Of a stretch of DNA of 64,000 nucleotides, positions 1-15,351 are shown in pieces. Both the position numbers and the translations under genes were made by a program. Position 1 is the first letter of the stretch. Each line of letters starts with the position of its first letter. The notes under the pieces are model-generated. The model was not told the DNA's origin and did no database searches. It saw only the letters and a list, made by a program, of their open reading frames with translations. The stretch comes from Eledone cirrhosa (lineage: Eukaryota), in the NCBI GenBank assembly GCA_964016885.1, contig OZ024758.1:17360001-17424000 (forward strand), given 5' to 3'.

Positions 1-728
1 GGGGGGGGTTTTATGGCGTGGCACCTCCACGACCACTTTACAGTGGAATGATAGGGACCACAACCTCATTTACAGTGAGTGCTGGGGTTTTTTTTTTTGG
101 CGTGGCACCTCCACGACCACTTTACAGTGGAATGATAGGGACCCCAACCTCATTTACAGTGAGTGCTGGGATTTTTTTTTTGGCGTGGCACCTCCACGAC
201 CACTTTACAGTGGAATGATAGGGACCCCAACCTCATTTACAGTGAGTGCTGGGGGGTTTTTTTTGGCGTGGCACCTCCACGACCACTTTACAGTGGAATG
301 ATAGGGACCCCGACCTCATTTACAGTGAGTGCTGGGGTTTTTTTTTTTGGCGTGGCACCTCCACGACCACTTTACAGTGGAATGATAGGGACCCCAACCT
401 CATTTACAGTGAGTGCTGGGTTTTTTTTTTTGGCGTGGCACCTCCACGACCACTTTACAGTGGAATGATAGGGACCCCAACCTCATTTACAGTGAGTGCT
501 GGGTTTTTTTTTTTGGCGTGGCACCTCCACGACCACTTTACAGTGGAATGATAGGGACCACAACCTCATTTACAGTGAGTGCTGGGTTTTTTTTTTTGGC
601 GTGGCACCTCCACGACCACTTTACAGTGGAATGATAGGGACCCCAACCTCATTTACAGTGAGTGCTGGGTTGTTTTTTTTGGCGTGGCACCTCCACGACC
701 ACTTTGCAGTGGAGTGATAGGGACCACA
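1..728. repeat. Minisatellite, ~83-bp unit, at least 8.5 copies, derived from the internal segment of SINE family B
   Basis: Unit cctcatttacagtgagtgctggg(t)nggcgtggcacctccacgaccactttacagtggaatgatagggaccccaa repeats with only the G/T run length varying; the same segment is single-copy in SINE-B at ~50185-50250 (reverse complement). Confidence 0.93.
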
Positions 729-881
729 GTCCCTATCATCTCATTTCTACAGCTGAGTAAACTGGAGAAATATGAAATAAAGTGTCTTGCTCAAGGAAAC
801 AACACATCACCCGGTCTGAGAATTGAACTCACAACCTTTTGATTGCAAGCCCAATGCTCTAACCACTAAGCCATGTGCCTC
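700..881 (-). mobile_element. tRNA-derived SINE family B, 5' head
   Basis: Minus strand reads aggcacaTGGCTTAGTGGttagagc...gaGTTCAATTCtc (Pol III A/B boxes), then ccttgagcaagacacttta; matches 50010-50160. Confidence 0.88.
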
Positions 882-919
882 CTAATAATGAGACTAAAAG
901 GTGGGGAGCAAATTATGTT

Positions 920-947
920 AATAGTAATAGTAACAGTAGTAGTAGTT

Positions 948-984
<37 letters not shown>

Positions 985-1027
985 CAGTAATAATAATAAT
1001 AGTAGTAGTAGTAATAGTAATAATAAT
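920..1027. repeat. (TAG)n/(TAA)n microsatellite at a SINE tail
   Basis: Direct trinucleotide repeats. Confidence 0.9.
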
Positions 1028-1300
1028 CGTTTCGACTTTTGGCACAAGGCCAGCAATTTTCCCAGTGTATTACTGGTACTTTATTTTATCGACCCCTTAA
1101 GGATGAAAAGCAAAGTTAACCTTGGCGGGATTTGAACTCAGACTATAAAGGGGCGTAACTCTATGCTGCAACGCATGGTGTCTGACCCTCTACTGATACT
1201 GCCAATCCATGATTTGTAGTATAGGCACAAGGCCAGTAATTGGGGGGGGGGGGGTCGGTTAAATCGACCCCAGTACATTACTGGTACTTTATTTTATTGA
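1025..1300 (-). mobile_element. tRNA-derived SINE family A, one full copy plus a 3' fragment
   Basis: Reverse complement of the consensus gtggattggcagtatcggtagagggtcggacgccatgc...gagttcaaatcccgccgagg...ccttgtgcctaaagtagaaacaattatt, which occurs more than 20 times in the window. Confidence 0.88.
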
Positions 1301-2419
1301 ACCTGGCCCTGTAAGGAAAAAAACGCAATGCTACAAACCATGGTGACCTACCATCTCCTGATGCTGCTGCTAATAATAATAATAGTAATAAAGTTAATAA
1401 TAATGATTTCTTTATTAACCACAAGGGTTTACATAAAGTAGACACTAAGGACAGTGCAGGACAATACAGGACGGTACAAAATAATAATCTTTTAGTAAAT
1501 TACATTATGAAAACATATTAGAAAGAATACGTTAAGCAAATGGAATATCGTTTTTAAAAAATACATGTGCAAACATTTTCTTTTTCTACATGTTTTAAAG
1601 TATCTTATTTTTGATTTTAGTTATTTTTGTTCCTTTGTTTTAGAAAATTCTATTTCTTCTTTTGAGTGAATCTTTCTTCTTATTGCATCTATTTTAATTT
1701 TGTTATTTTTTTAGTTTTGTTTAATGTTTAAAAAAAAATTTTTTTTTATCTTTAGCATTATGTATGTGTATGTATGTGACTAACTATTTCTGTATGTATA
1801 GTTTTATGTGCATGTTTCTATATGTTATATGTATTTTGGAACACTTAATCCGTCTAGGTGCAAAGAGATGGTTATTACAGGGAATTTAATAGTAGGAATT
1901 TGTCAATACTAACAACATAATTACAAAACTAAATTTAGAAATTTTCCTTCAACAGGAGACTGGTTTCTTGATAAAAAGAAACAAAACTATGAAAAAAGAT
2001 GTATTTTATTAATGGGATATATATATAAAAAAAAACAGACAGGAAAAAATAATTTGGAATTTTTAAAACAGATTTCTTCACAACACATATATTTTAGTTA
2101 TCTGCTAATGTTTCTAAAGGGTATTTATTGTAATAATGATAAATGACATCTAGATAGATACTGCCTGCAGATAACAGAACTAATGTGAAGACAAACTAAA
2201 TCTAGTGCAATTATTTCTCTACTACAAGAAGCTAATGTTTCTACAAAAAATAAAAATATAATAATAACAAGATCTGTAGGTGAGTATGTGTGTACACCCA
2301 CATTGACACAAACACACACCCACATTTACCTATATGGACTTCTGTCAGTTCTAATGTGGGGTGTCACAGTTGTTTGAACAACTAAGTATTCTGCTCATGA
2401 GAAAGAGAAGGTATTGTGA

Positions 2420-2933
2420 GTGTTTCAATTGATCCGATCAGCAGAACAGCCTGATCATGAAATTAACGTGCAAGTGGCTGAGCATTCCACAAACAAGTGT
2501 ACCCTTAACCCTCTAGCATTTAAACCGGCCATATCTGGCCAGAATTCTCTCACCTCTTTCTGTTTAAACTGGCTGAAACCGGCCACTGATAATAATGTTA
2601 AGGTATTGTTCTCAAAATGAATACTATAAAAATCTCATATATTCGATATTATGTGAGATATTATGTGAGATATTATATGAGGTAAAGCCTTTACTGCGAA
2701 AATACAATAGTATATATAGAGTAATGTAAATGTTAATGGTTTAACATAGTTCTCAGGGAGATTCAGCTTGACACAGTACATGACAAGGCTGGTCCTTCGA
2801 ATTACAGACAGAACTCATTTTTGCCAGCTGAGCAGACTGGAATAAGGTGAAATAAAGTGTCTTGCTCAAGGACACAAGGTACCAACGGGAATCAAAATCA
2901 TGACCTTACAATTGTGAGCCAAATAACCTAACC
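2420..2933 (-). mobile_element. tRNA-derived SINE family C, interrupted by a piggyBac-type MITE
   Basis: Homologous to 7085-7389 (cagccacttgcacgttaattt, ccttgagcaagacactttatttcac); split at a duplicated TTAA. Confidence 0.8.
2505..2744 (+). mobile_element. piggyBac-type MITE, family 1
   Basis: TTAA-CCCTCTAGCATT left end, degenerate AATGTTAATGGT-TTAA right end; body homologous to 25959-26170 and 44557-44976. Confidence 0.82.
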
Positions 2934-4102
2934 AGATGTAAAAAAGGTCTCTTTAATTTCATGCTTTATATGGAAAAAGGGAAAGAAAGTTCAATGTGTC
3001 GGGCTTTAGCCCTTCATCAGGAGTACAAAGCTAGAGACAGGATCACAAAAGACAGATATAGAAAATAAAAGCTAGTCCAAGTAAAAATACCCAACAAAAA
3101 TGAAAATAAAGAGAATAAACAAGACAAACTGTTAAATAGTCTGGGTAATAATTTTGGAACTCAAAGTGAAGTGTGTGCACATATATATATCATCATCATA
3201 TATATATATATTATATATATATAAATAATACAGGATCTGACAGCTGAGCTCTTGCCATTTCAACAGCTAAATCTAGAGTCATATATATATGATCATGGGT
3301 GTAATATTCTCAACATTAAACTGCTTTATACTGTTCTAGTTAACTGTTCATGATTATTTTCAAAATTATACCATTCATTATTATAATTCTAATAAAAAAA
3401 ATAATGGGTATGATTTTCAAGTCATTTTGAAAATATTCAAAAAATTTAAATGATTTAGTGATATAACTAACACTTTCATTAATAATCTGGTATTTGAAAT
3501 GTAACTTAATATATGTTTTTACATATAATTTTGTGTTAATATTAATACTTTGTTTTAAAGTGTTAATATTTCAGAAAAATATTAACACTTTAAAACAAAG
3601 AGATTTGTACCATACAATAAAAGAAGCTTGTTTTTAGGTGAATTGCTATAATATGGGTTAATTGAAAATCACAGATAGTATATTTCCTTAGAAATATGGT
3701 AATGAAATGGTCGCCTTAAAGTTTAATCATCATTCTGATTGGTTAATTTTATTTTCATGTTGAAGAGAGAAGCAATTTTATATTTTACTATCTCATAGCA
3801 ATAACATCAATTAACAGGAAAATTCAACTGCAGAATTGATTTATTTTTACCTGGTATTTACTTCTTTTATTGTCTTTATTTTCATCAATAAACAATAAAA
3901 TGAAAATAGAATAAATAGAACTCTACATTTATAATTCACTGATAAATCACTTTTTTATTTTATTTTTTGCTATGAAACAGTAAAATGTAAAATAGTTTCT
4001 CCCCTCCTTACGAAAATAAAACAAATAGACTAATCAGATCAAAGGTTTTTTTATTTAGATATAAATTCAGGATGAAAGCAATTGTTTGCTTTAATCTTAT
4101 AT

Positions 4103-4476
4103 TATGGGAAGAAAAACTTAACAACCTGCCATCAGTAACAACAATGGAGCTAAAGGTGAGCGAGGCACTTCCCACCGGAGCAGATACAAACTATGCAGTG
4201 TGGAAATGCCTAAACAGACTAAGATCTGGTGTTGGACGTGCAGAAGTCAATCTTGCAAAATAGGGATAAATAAAGGATGGGGTCGTTGTGTGTGACTGCA
4301 GCATCAAACCACAGACTATGCAGCACGTCCTGATATGCCCCCTGCTGGAACACCCCTGCACAGAATTGGACTTGGCAAAGTTTAATGAGAAAGGACAGCA
4401 ATGTGTTCAGCTGTAGCAGAACCACATCTAGCCAAGCTTTGTAACTGACACTCTTGTGGACACGACAAGAAGAAGA
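4103..4476 (+). mobile_element. Ingi/Vingi-like LINE 3' fragment (degenerate ORF C-terminus)
   Basis: Translates as WKCLNRLRSGVGRAEVNLAK*G*...VCDCSIKPQTMQHVLICP (LNRLRxGVGR plus a CxC..H..CP knuckle) with in-frame stops; ends in gacaagaagaag. Confidence 0.72.
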
Positions 4477-5076
4477 ATCTTATATTATGTTCCAAATATC
4501 AACAAAAGCAATAAAAAAAAAACCAACAGCAACAACATTAAGCAGTGGTTAGCCTTCTGGGCCCTATGGCAAGCTTCTTTATTTTGCCCTATTACCTGTA
4601 TCCTCCCTCACCAACCTGGTAGCTTTCAGTTCCTCCTCTATTAATCACACTTAGCTATGGTGTTCTTGGTCTTCCCTTGCTATTCTCTTCCACATTCATT
4701 TCCTTCACTCTTCACACCCAGTCACATTCATCTTTGTGTTTATCGAGTTTAGAATAGGTATAACGCATCTCTACATGTTGTGAAAGGCAACTAAAATGGT
4801 TGACAGCAGGAAGAGCATGTGAATATAAAGCGCTACCTCAAAAAGGACTTCATATATATGCTATGTATGTATAGACCAGTAATTCCTTATGGAGTGGAAA
4901 GAGCACTGTATACAGCATTTCTAGGGTATTTGGTAAACATGGCTGTCCCAATCCCTCTCCTGGTCTGAAGTTATGTTCTATAATAGAAGAGAGATTGACA
5001 GAATCACAAGAAAATCAGATTAAATGCTATGATACTTGTTACAGCACTCTGTGCACTGAATTCCATGTATATATAA

Positions 5077-5284
5077 TAATTGTTTCTACTTTAGGCACAA
5101 GGCCAGCAATTACCCAGTGCATTACTGGTACTTTATTTTATCGACGCTGTAAGGATGAAACTACATCTAGTGGAAGAACATGCAATCAACCTCGGTGGGA
5201 TTTGAACTCAGATCATAAAGGGACGTAACTATGCTGGAAAGCATGGCGCGTCCGACCCTCTACCGATACTGCCAATCCACCACC
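5077..5284 (-). mobile_element. SINE family A copy with a 26-bp foreign insert
   Basis: Matches the family A consensus except at 5159-5184. Confidence 0.88.
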
Positions 5285-5504
5285 CTTGGCATTAATAATA
5301 ATAGGTATAAATTGAGGTTGTAGCTGCAATATAGCAGATACAAATCAAATTGTTTGAAGCAGTCACAAAGCACTCAATGGTGCAAAAATTTAATACATTT
5401 TCATGCAGTGTGAACTTAAAGTTAAGAAACCGTGACACCAAGAAAAGCGACCAAATGCATGTAGCCATACTCATACCACAACTACGATAAATACAAACAG
5501 GTCA

Positions 5505-5694
5505 AATAATTGTTTCTACTTTTGGCAAAAAGGCCAGCAATTATCCTAGCGTATTACTGGTTCTTTATTTTATCGAGCCCGTAAGGATGAAAGGCAAAGT
5601 TAACCTCAGCGGGATTTAAACTCAGACTGTAAAGAGACGTAACTCTGTGCTACAAAGCATGGCGTCCGACCCTCTACCGATACTGCCCATCCAC
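5505..5694 (-). mobile_element. SINE family A copy with a 13-bp target-site duplication
   Basis: Consensus match; flanked by tacaaacaggtca (5492-5504) and tacaaacaagtca (5696-5708). Confidence 0.9.
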
Positions 5695-6234
5695 TTACAA
5701 ACAAGTCAGATTGAGTCATAACTACATCTAGTGGAAGAACATGCATCATATTATGGGAAAGTATCAGTTTAGTCGAAATGATGCAGTGATGAAAGGGACT
5801 AAAAGGATCAATCTAGATATTTGACAATCACTGATGTTCCTTAGAATAGCTTCTAGATAGGATAGAATGTTTTAGTTGTGTGGCACCAAAAAAACTAACT
5901 AAGCGTGCTAAGACAGACAAGAGTCTGATAAATATGGAAATAATACTACAAGAGCAATTTAACATGTAATAATAAATCAGAGTTGAAGAATTTTTCCAAG
6001 AGAATCGGTGTAGTTTATATTCATGACCTTAAACTGAATTTATTTATTTATTGCTGGTGTAATTTTTAGGCGTGTAGTTTTTTTTTTTTTTTTTTCTAGA
6101 ATATTATCACTATATATTATGTCTTGCTGAAATATGAGAAGACATTAGGAAAAAGAAAATAATATTTTTACAAAAAAGTAGAAAATAGAAATAAATAAAG
6201 ATAGATCTATAAACACTTAAACACATTATGCATA

Positions 6235-6820
6235 TGAAATATATAACACAATATCTATATGTATGTATATACACACATATAAATATATACATAAGTATAT
6301 ACTTATATACATATACATACATAAGTATATAATTATATATATATATATATATATATTTATGCATGTAGATGTAAGTATATACTTATGTATATATACATAA
6401 ATATATATCTATATATGTGTATATATATTCATGTATGTATATGTAAGTATATACTTATGTATATATACATATATATATATGTATACATATATATATACAC
6501 ATATAAATACACATATACATATGATATACTTATATATATAAATATACACACAATATATATACATATATATATAATTATATATATATATACACACAATATA
6601 TATATATATATACGTACATATATATATATAAATATATATATATACACACACAATATATATATATATATATATACATACATATATATATAAATATATATAT
6701 ATATACACACAATATATATATATATATACATACATATATATATAAATATATATATATATACACACAATATATATATATATATACATACACACACAATATA
6801 TATATATATATATACATACA

Positions 6821-6874
<54 letters not shown>

Positions 6875-6894
6875 CACACAATATATATATATAT

Positions 6895-6961
<67 letters not shown>

Positions 6962-6980
6962 AATATATACATATGTATAC

Positions 6981-7011
<31 letters not shown>

Positions 7012-7080
7012 CATATATATATATATATAAATATATAAATATATATATATATATGTATATATATTTATCTGTGTGTGTGT
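6235..7080. repeat. Compound (TA)n/(CA)n microsatellite
   Basis: Direct reading; the overlapping YI/IH-repeat ORFs are artefacts. Confidence 0.95.
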
Positions 7081-7084
7081 GAAT

Positions 7085-7389
7085 GTGCATGGCTTAATGG
7101 TTAGAGTGTTCAGCACATAATCCTAAGGTCATAAGTTCGATTCCTGACAGAACATTGTGTCCTTGAACAAGATACTTTATTTCATGTTGTTCCAGTCTAC
7201 TCAGCCGGCAAAAAAATGACCTGTCCGAATTATTCAAAGGCCAACCTTTTCACACTGTATCTGACTGAGAGCTACCGTAACAGTACATGAGTATGTGGAA
7301 TGCTCAGCCACTTGCACGTTAATTTAACGAGCAGCCTGTTCCATTGATTGAATCAACTAGAACACTCGTCGTAAATGACTGAGTACCAG
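7085..7389 (+). mobile_element. tRNA-derived SINE family C
   Basis: A box tggcttaatggtt, B box agttcgattcc, central ccttgaacaagatactttatttc and cagccacttgcacgttaattt. Confidence 0.82.
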
Positions 7390-7498
7390 TGTATATATAT
7401 ATGAGTGTATGTATGTATGTATGCGTGTGTGTATACGTGTATATATATGTGTGTGTGTGTATGTGTATATATATATACATACAGATATATGTATATAT

Positions 7499-7545
<47 letters not shown>

Positions 7546-7629
7546 TATATATATATAAATATATATATATCACATATATATACAGAATTATATATATATA
7601 TGCATAAATATATATTGGTATATAAATTC

Positions 7630-7676
<47 letters not shown>

Positions 7677-7818
7677 AAATTGAATTTATATACCAATATA
7701 TATTTATGCATATATATATATATAATTGAATATATATAGAAAAATATATTTATGCATACATATATATATATATATATATAGGAATAAATACATAGACACA
7801 CATACAAACCTATCTCTT

Positions 7819-7859
<41 letters not shown>

Positions 7860-8302
7860 ATATATATATATATATATATATATAGATAGATAGATAGATA
7901 GATATGCTCACACAAAAACATATTTTATTTTACATTATTATGTTTTATATTGATTCATTTCGTCTGTCCCTCCCAACATTACACATGCCAGTGGTAGCTG
8001 TTCATTAAATCAACTGTTATTTTCTCGTTATACAACCAGCGTAGTAACTTCTTAACGACAAATATCATCGAGTATGCAATATTTTCTGCTCTCTCTTTAA
8101 TGTTACAAAAATTTTTCTTTTATATCATATTTTAAATATCCTGAAAGTGATTATTTTCATACGTACATAAATGTGTAGTAATCGTACATGCATGTATACA
8201 TATCTGTATGCGTATGTGTGTGTGTGTATGTGTGTTTGTATGTGTCGGTGTGTGGTTCTTTAAGTTTATGTGTATAAATATTTATATATATAAATATATA
8301 CA

Positions 8303-8353
<51 letters not shown>

Positions 8354-8382
8354 TTATATATATATATACATATATACATATG

Positions 8383-8422
<40 letters not shown>

Positions 8423-8528
8423 CACAAACTTAAAGAACCACACACTGACATAAATAAAAATATATATATAAATATACATTTACATCTAAATATATATCTA
8501 TATATATATATATATATACACATTTACA

Positions 8529-8576
<48 letters not shown>

Positions 8577-8898
8577 TGTTTATAAATATGTACACACACA
8601 TATATATACATGCATATAATCATACATATATATATATATATATATCATCATCATCATCATTTTACGTCCACTTTTCCCTGCTTGCAAGGGTGGGACGGGT
8701 CTTATTCAGCACAGCATCTCCCCACTCGTCACAGTCCTTCGTCATCTCCACCGTGAGCTTCAATGATCTGAGGTCTGTTCTCACCACCTCCGCCCATGTT
8801 TTTCCTGGTCTACGTCCACCACGTCTTCCTTCAACTGGCATTTCCTGGCACTTTTTCACCCATATATATATATGTATGTATATACACACACACATATA

Positions 8899-8944
<46 letters not shown>

Positions 8945-9241
8945 TATACACATGCATACATATCTACACAGAGCATTGTTTTGTTTTCCTTCATTTTTTC
9001 AAAATCTACTTTCGTGCAACATACACTTAAGCCTTTCCACACACATGCATGCACTCACACACACACGCATGCACGCACTGACACACACACATGCACGCAC
9101 ACACACACACACCCACACATACATACGTGTATATATATTTAAATATTTTAAACATATATACAGGGCATCACATACAGCAATATATGTTCAGAAGTAACTT
9201 GTGTTGGTGTATACACACACACATATGGATGTACACAACTT

Positions 9242-9274
<33 letters not shown>

Positions 9275-9289
9275 GTGTTAGTGTTTATG

Positions 9290-9378
<89 letters not shown>

Positions 9379-9462
9379 CTATACATGTGTGTGTGTGCGT
9401 ATATATATATATACATATATATATATGTATATATAATATATATATATATATATGTGTGTGCG

Positions 9463-9493
<31 letters not shown>

Positions 9494-9572
9494 GATTATA
9501 TAATATATATATATGATCACATGATGATATATATATGTGTGTGCGTATGCATATATATGTGAGTATATATAC

Positions 9573-9638
<66 letters not shown>

Positions 9639-9639
9639 C

Positions 9640-9679
<40 letters not shown>

Positions 9680-9685
9680 ATATAT

Positions 9686-9736
<51 letters not shown>

Positions 9737-9965
9737 GTATATATACTCACATATATATGCATATATATGTGAGTATATGTATGACCATACCTATATCTCA
9801 GATAAAGAACATGAACACATAAACACATGTGAACACATTTATGAACACATATCTGCCACACACACAGTAACACATTAACACACACATTAACACACATACA
9901 CTTACGCACACATTAACACACACACACTTACACACACATTAACACACACACACATACACACACAC
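7390..9965. repeat. Field of (TA)n, (TG)n, (CT)n and (GATA)n microsatellites with short unique islands
   Basis: Direct reading. Confidence 0.9.
8645..8862 (-). mobile_element. RTE-clade LINE 3' end
   Basis: Minus-strand frame [47 protein letters not shown] (the GxRxRGRPxKTW...DL motif of RTE ORF ends), followed by a (GAT)n tail. Confidence 0.85.
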
Positions 9966-10094
9966 GATTTTATAATGCCATAAATAATTGAACCACTCTA
10001 CCTGCCTCCATATCTATCTAACTTACTATCTCTTGCTTTTTTTATCCTTATCTTTTAGTTCTTTCACCTCTGTGGTACTTTACTGCATATATAC

Positions 10095-11165
10095 ACTCAT
10101 ATACACACACAAGCATATATATTTATACACACACAAGCATATACATATATACACACACAAGCATATACATATATACACACACAAGCATATACATATATAC
10201 ACACACAAGCATATACATATATACACACACAAGCATATACATATATACACACACAAGCATATACATTTATACACACACAAGCATATACATATATACACAC
10301 ACAAGCATATACATATATACACACACAAACATATATATATATACACACACAAGCATATACACACACAACCATATAGACACATACATACGTACAACCATAT
10401 ACACATATATACACACACAAACATATATAGATATATACACACTCAAGCATATACGTATATACACACACAAGCATATACATATATACACACACAAGCATAT
10501 ACGTATATATACACACACAAGCATATACATATATACACACAAAAGCATATACATATATACACACACAAGCATATATACACTCATATATACACGCAAGCAT
10601 ATACATATATACACACACAAGCATATATACATATATACACACACAGGCATATACATATATACACACACAAGCATATACATATATACACACACAAGCATAT
10701 ACATATATACACACACTAGCATATACACACTCATATATACACACAAGCATATACATATATACATGCACAAGCAGATATACATACACACACAAGCATATAC
10801 ATATATACACACAAAAGCATATACATATATACATACACAAGCATATATACACTCATATACACACACAAGCATATACATATATACACACACAAGCATATAT
10901 ACACATACATACACAAGCATGTATACATACACACACAAGCATATATACATATATACACACACAAGCATATATACACTCATATACACACACAAGCATATAC
11001 ATATATACACACACAAGAATATATACACATATACACGCACAAACATTTACACACATATACACACAAACATATACACATACTATATACACACATATACACA
11101 ACTATATACACACATACACACACAACCATATATACACATATAAACACACAGCCATATATACATAT
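10095..11165. repeat. Minisatellite, ~24-bp unit (cacaagcatatacatatatacaca)
   Basis: Periodic aagcat anchors; gives the HKHIHIYT artefact ORF. Confidence 0.92.
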
Positions 11166-11169
11166 ATAT

Positions 11170-11446
11170 ATAATATATAAGATCAAAAGATGGTTAAAAG
11201 AGTTCCATGTATTTTATTATGCGCATTTCAAAAACAAATATCATCATGCGATGACATTTGCATTTTCATCAGTTAAAATAGGGAGACATGATATGAAGGT
11301 TAAAAAACACTTGTGAATAGTGAAGTTTTAAATCAACCATCTTTTGATCTTATATATTATTTATACTCCAGTCCTACAAACTGTAGAGTGCTTCTTATCC
11401 GATATCTGCATTGCTTTATTGTACTACAATAAAACTCACCTCCTAC
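11170..11446 (-). mobile_element. Short Penelope-like copy (pLTR only) with an inverted 5' arm
   Basis: 11170-11336 is homologous to 16233-16396; 11335-11446 is an inverted copy of the terminus plus the ~85-bp extension also seen at 18757-18842 and 23452-23535; flanked by TA-rich repeats. Confidence 0.85.
11210..11280 (-). ncRNA. Type I hammerhead ribozyme motif, family H1
   Basis: uauuuuaa CUGAUGA aaugcaaaugucauc-gcau-gaugauauuuguuuuu GAAA ugcgca UA auaaaaua; first stem-I pair is mismatched. Confidence 0.75.
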
Positions 11447-13225
<1,779 letters not shown>

Positions 13226-13699
13226 ATAAAAGATATAGGATGCCAAAGTGTAGAAAATAACTGTAATTACAGTCAGTTGCTATAAAACAGGTTATAAAAA
13301 TCTGATAAGACACTTAGAGTCAGAAAAATATAGTTGTTTATACTTTAGGCACAAGGACAGCAATTACACAGTACATTACTGGTCAAAAAAATCTAATGCC
13401 AGCCAGTATCTCTTGGATGCCAGCTGTGTCCTCTTACCATTGAGCTAAAAGACCTCTAAATTAATTAAATGAATCAAATATCTTTTGAAGATGTAAATAA
13501 ACATTGTGTTTGAAGCTCAAACATTTGAACATACCAAGTGCTGAATATCCTACAGCTTCTGTAATTTTACCTCCTCACTGCTTCATAACATTGAATTTTT
13601 GAACTTTACATACAATGTTTATATATATATATATTTTTTAATCGATCGACTTTCGTCAAATTTCCAGTTGCTAATACTATCTATCGGTGGCAACTCCAG

Positions 13700-13826
13700 G
13701 TAGAAGGAGCAATGTGAAATAAAGTGTCCTGCTCAAGGACATACCGCATCGCCCGGTCCAGGAATCGAACTCACAATCTCAAGATTGTGAATCCAATTCT
13801 CTAACCACTCAGCCACACGCCTTCAC
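13700..13826 (-). mobile_element. tRNA-derived SINE head (family B/C type)
   Basis: Reverse complement gives ggcgtgtggctgagtggttag...gagttcgattcc...ccttgagcaggacactttatttcac. Confidence 0.78.
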
Positions 13827-14151
13827 ATATATATATATAAATATATTTATATTTGTATTTTTAACCGATGGTCAATCAATGATAAACATTGATTGCCAAA
13901 GAAATTAACTATGGAGATATAAAAGATACAGAAGCAAAAACCAACCAAACAGTGAATGTGTTCTGTTACTATTTCTGGCAATACTATAATAATATGACCC
14001 TCCCCAAGTATAACAATATATATATATATATATGGGTAAAACACGTGCTTCTGACCTGGCTGTTTCACAATGGGACAGCACACCCTCCCCATGTTAGCAT
14101 AGAAAATGGACGTTAAATGAGGTTTATAATATATATATATATATATATATA

Positions 14152-14375
14152 TGCCACCAGTTCTTTGAGAAAACAATAGCATACTTCTGATCTGATGGTA
14201 TCAAAGGACTGAAATAATGGAGTTAAACTTTGTTCCTTCATTTTGTTTTCTCTGTTCAAGTTCTAGCTGCCTGATGAGGCCATAGCTGTTGAATAATGGT
14301 TATCACTGAAACATATATTGCAGTGAATATGAATAAACGAAGTTAATTTTAACCTGCGACTTACACTTCTTGTTT
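14152..14375 (+). mobile_element. Short hammerhead-bearing repeat, family H2 (probable Penelope pLTR fragment)
   Basis: Homologous end-to-end with 39762-39995; both start after TA-rich repeats; hammerhead followed by AATAAA. Confidence 0.72.
14266..14324 (+). ncRNA. Type I hammerhead motif, family H2 (partly degenerate)
   Basis: gcugc CUGAUGA ggccauagcuguu-gaau-aaugguuaucacu GAAA cauaua UU gcagu. Confidence 0.65.
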
Positions 14376-14527
14376 ATATATAAATATATATTTATATGTC
14401 TATATATATATATGTGTATGTGTGTATGTGTGTGTGTGTTTATGTGCATGTGTATATATAAATATATATATATATATACATAAATATATATATATATATA
14501 TACATAAATATATATATATATATATAC

Positions 14528-14585
<58 letters not shown>

Positions 14586-15351
14586 TTCTCATTATTAAGC
14601 TGGTGTTCGAAACAATTTAACAAACGTTTTTTTTCACTGAATTATGTCGGAAACGTTTTAGATAAGTATAAACATCTTAAACTAAACAGCTTGACAATGT
14701 AGAACCTGGGGCGGTTTAAGTTCATTTGTCTGAGTATATAGTATATAGTACATCACAGTCTCCTCTGGCTAGGTAGAACTGGGGAAATGAATTTGTTTAC
14801 ACACATTCATTCAAAGGACTCACACAGTTTATACTTGTCAGGCTCCTTAGGGTAATGCACAAACTAAACAACAGACATTATTTCAAGAAAGGAAGTCAAT
14901 GTATTATTCAATAAGTTTCTTGTGATTATTTATCCATTTTCATATCTGAAATTGCTTGTATTTCTATTATATAAGACTATTTTTTTTTTAATGTGCTTAT
15001 ATTCATAGTTCTAAGATGTTGAATTAGCATTCATTAGAATGTCATATAGAATTCTTTGAGGTATTTTTCAGCTCTCTGAAAGCAATTTCCCAAACCCATT
15101 AGATTAAAGTGAATAAGGACCAACAAGGAAACAAAACTACTTTGGATATTGGAATAGACACACAAAGTCATGTATCTAACTTTAAAAAAAGAGTGAGGGA
15201 TAACATGAGGAAGGGCATCAAGAAGGGAATTCTACCTCAAAATGTCTTTTACAACCCATGCTATGATGATGATTGTTAGTTGAACTTCATAGATTTTGAA
15301 CTTAGAACATATTTACTGTTGTAGGATTTGAACTTAATACACAGAGAAAGT

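Noticed and set aside
1-728. CRISPR-like array
   Set aside because: Units are fully repeated with no unique spacers, the sequence is SINE-derived, the context is eukaryotic and there are no cas genes.
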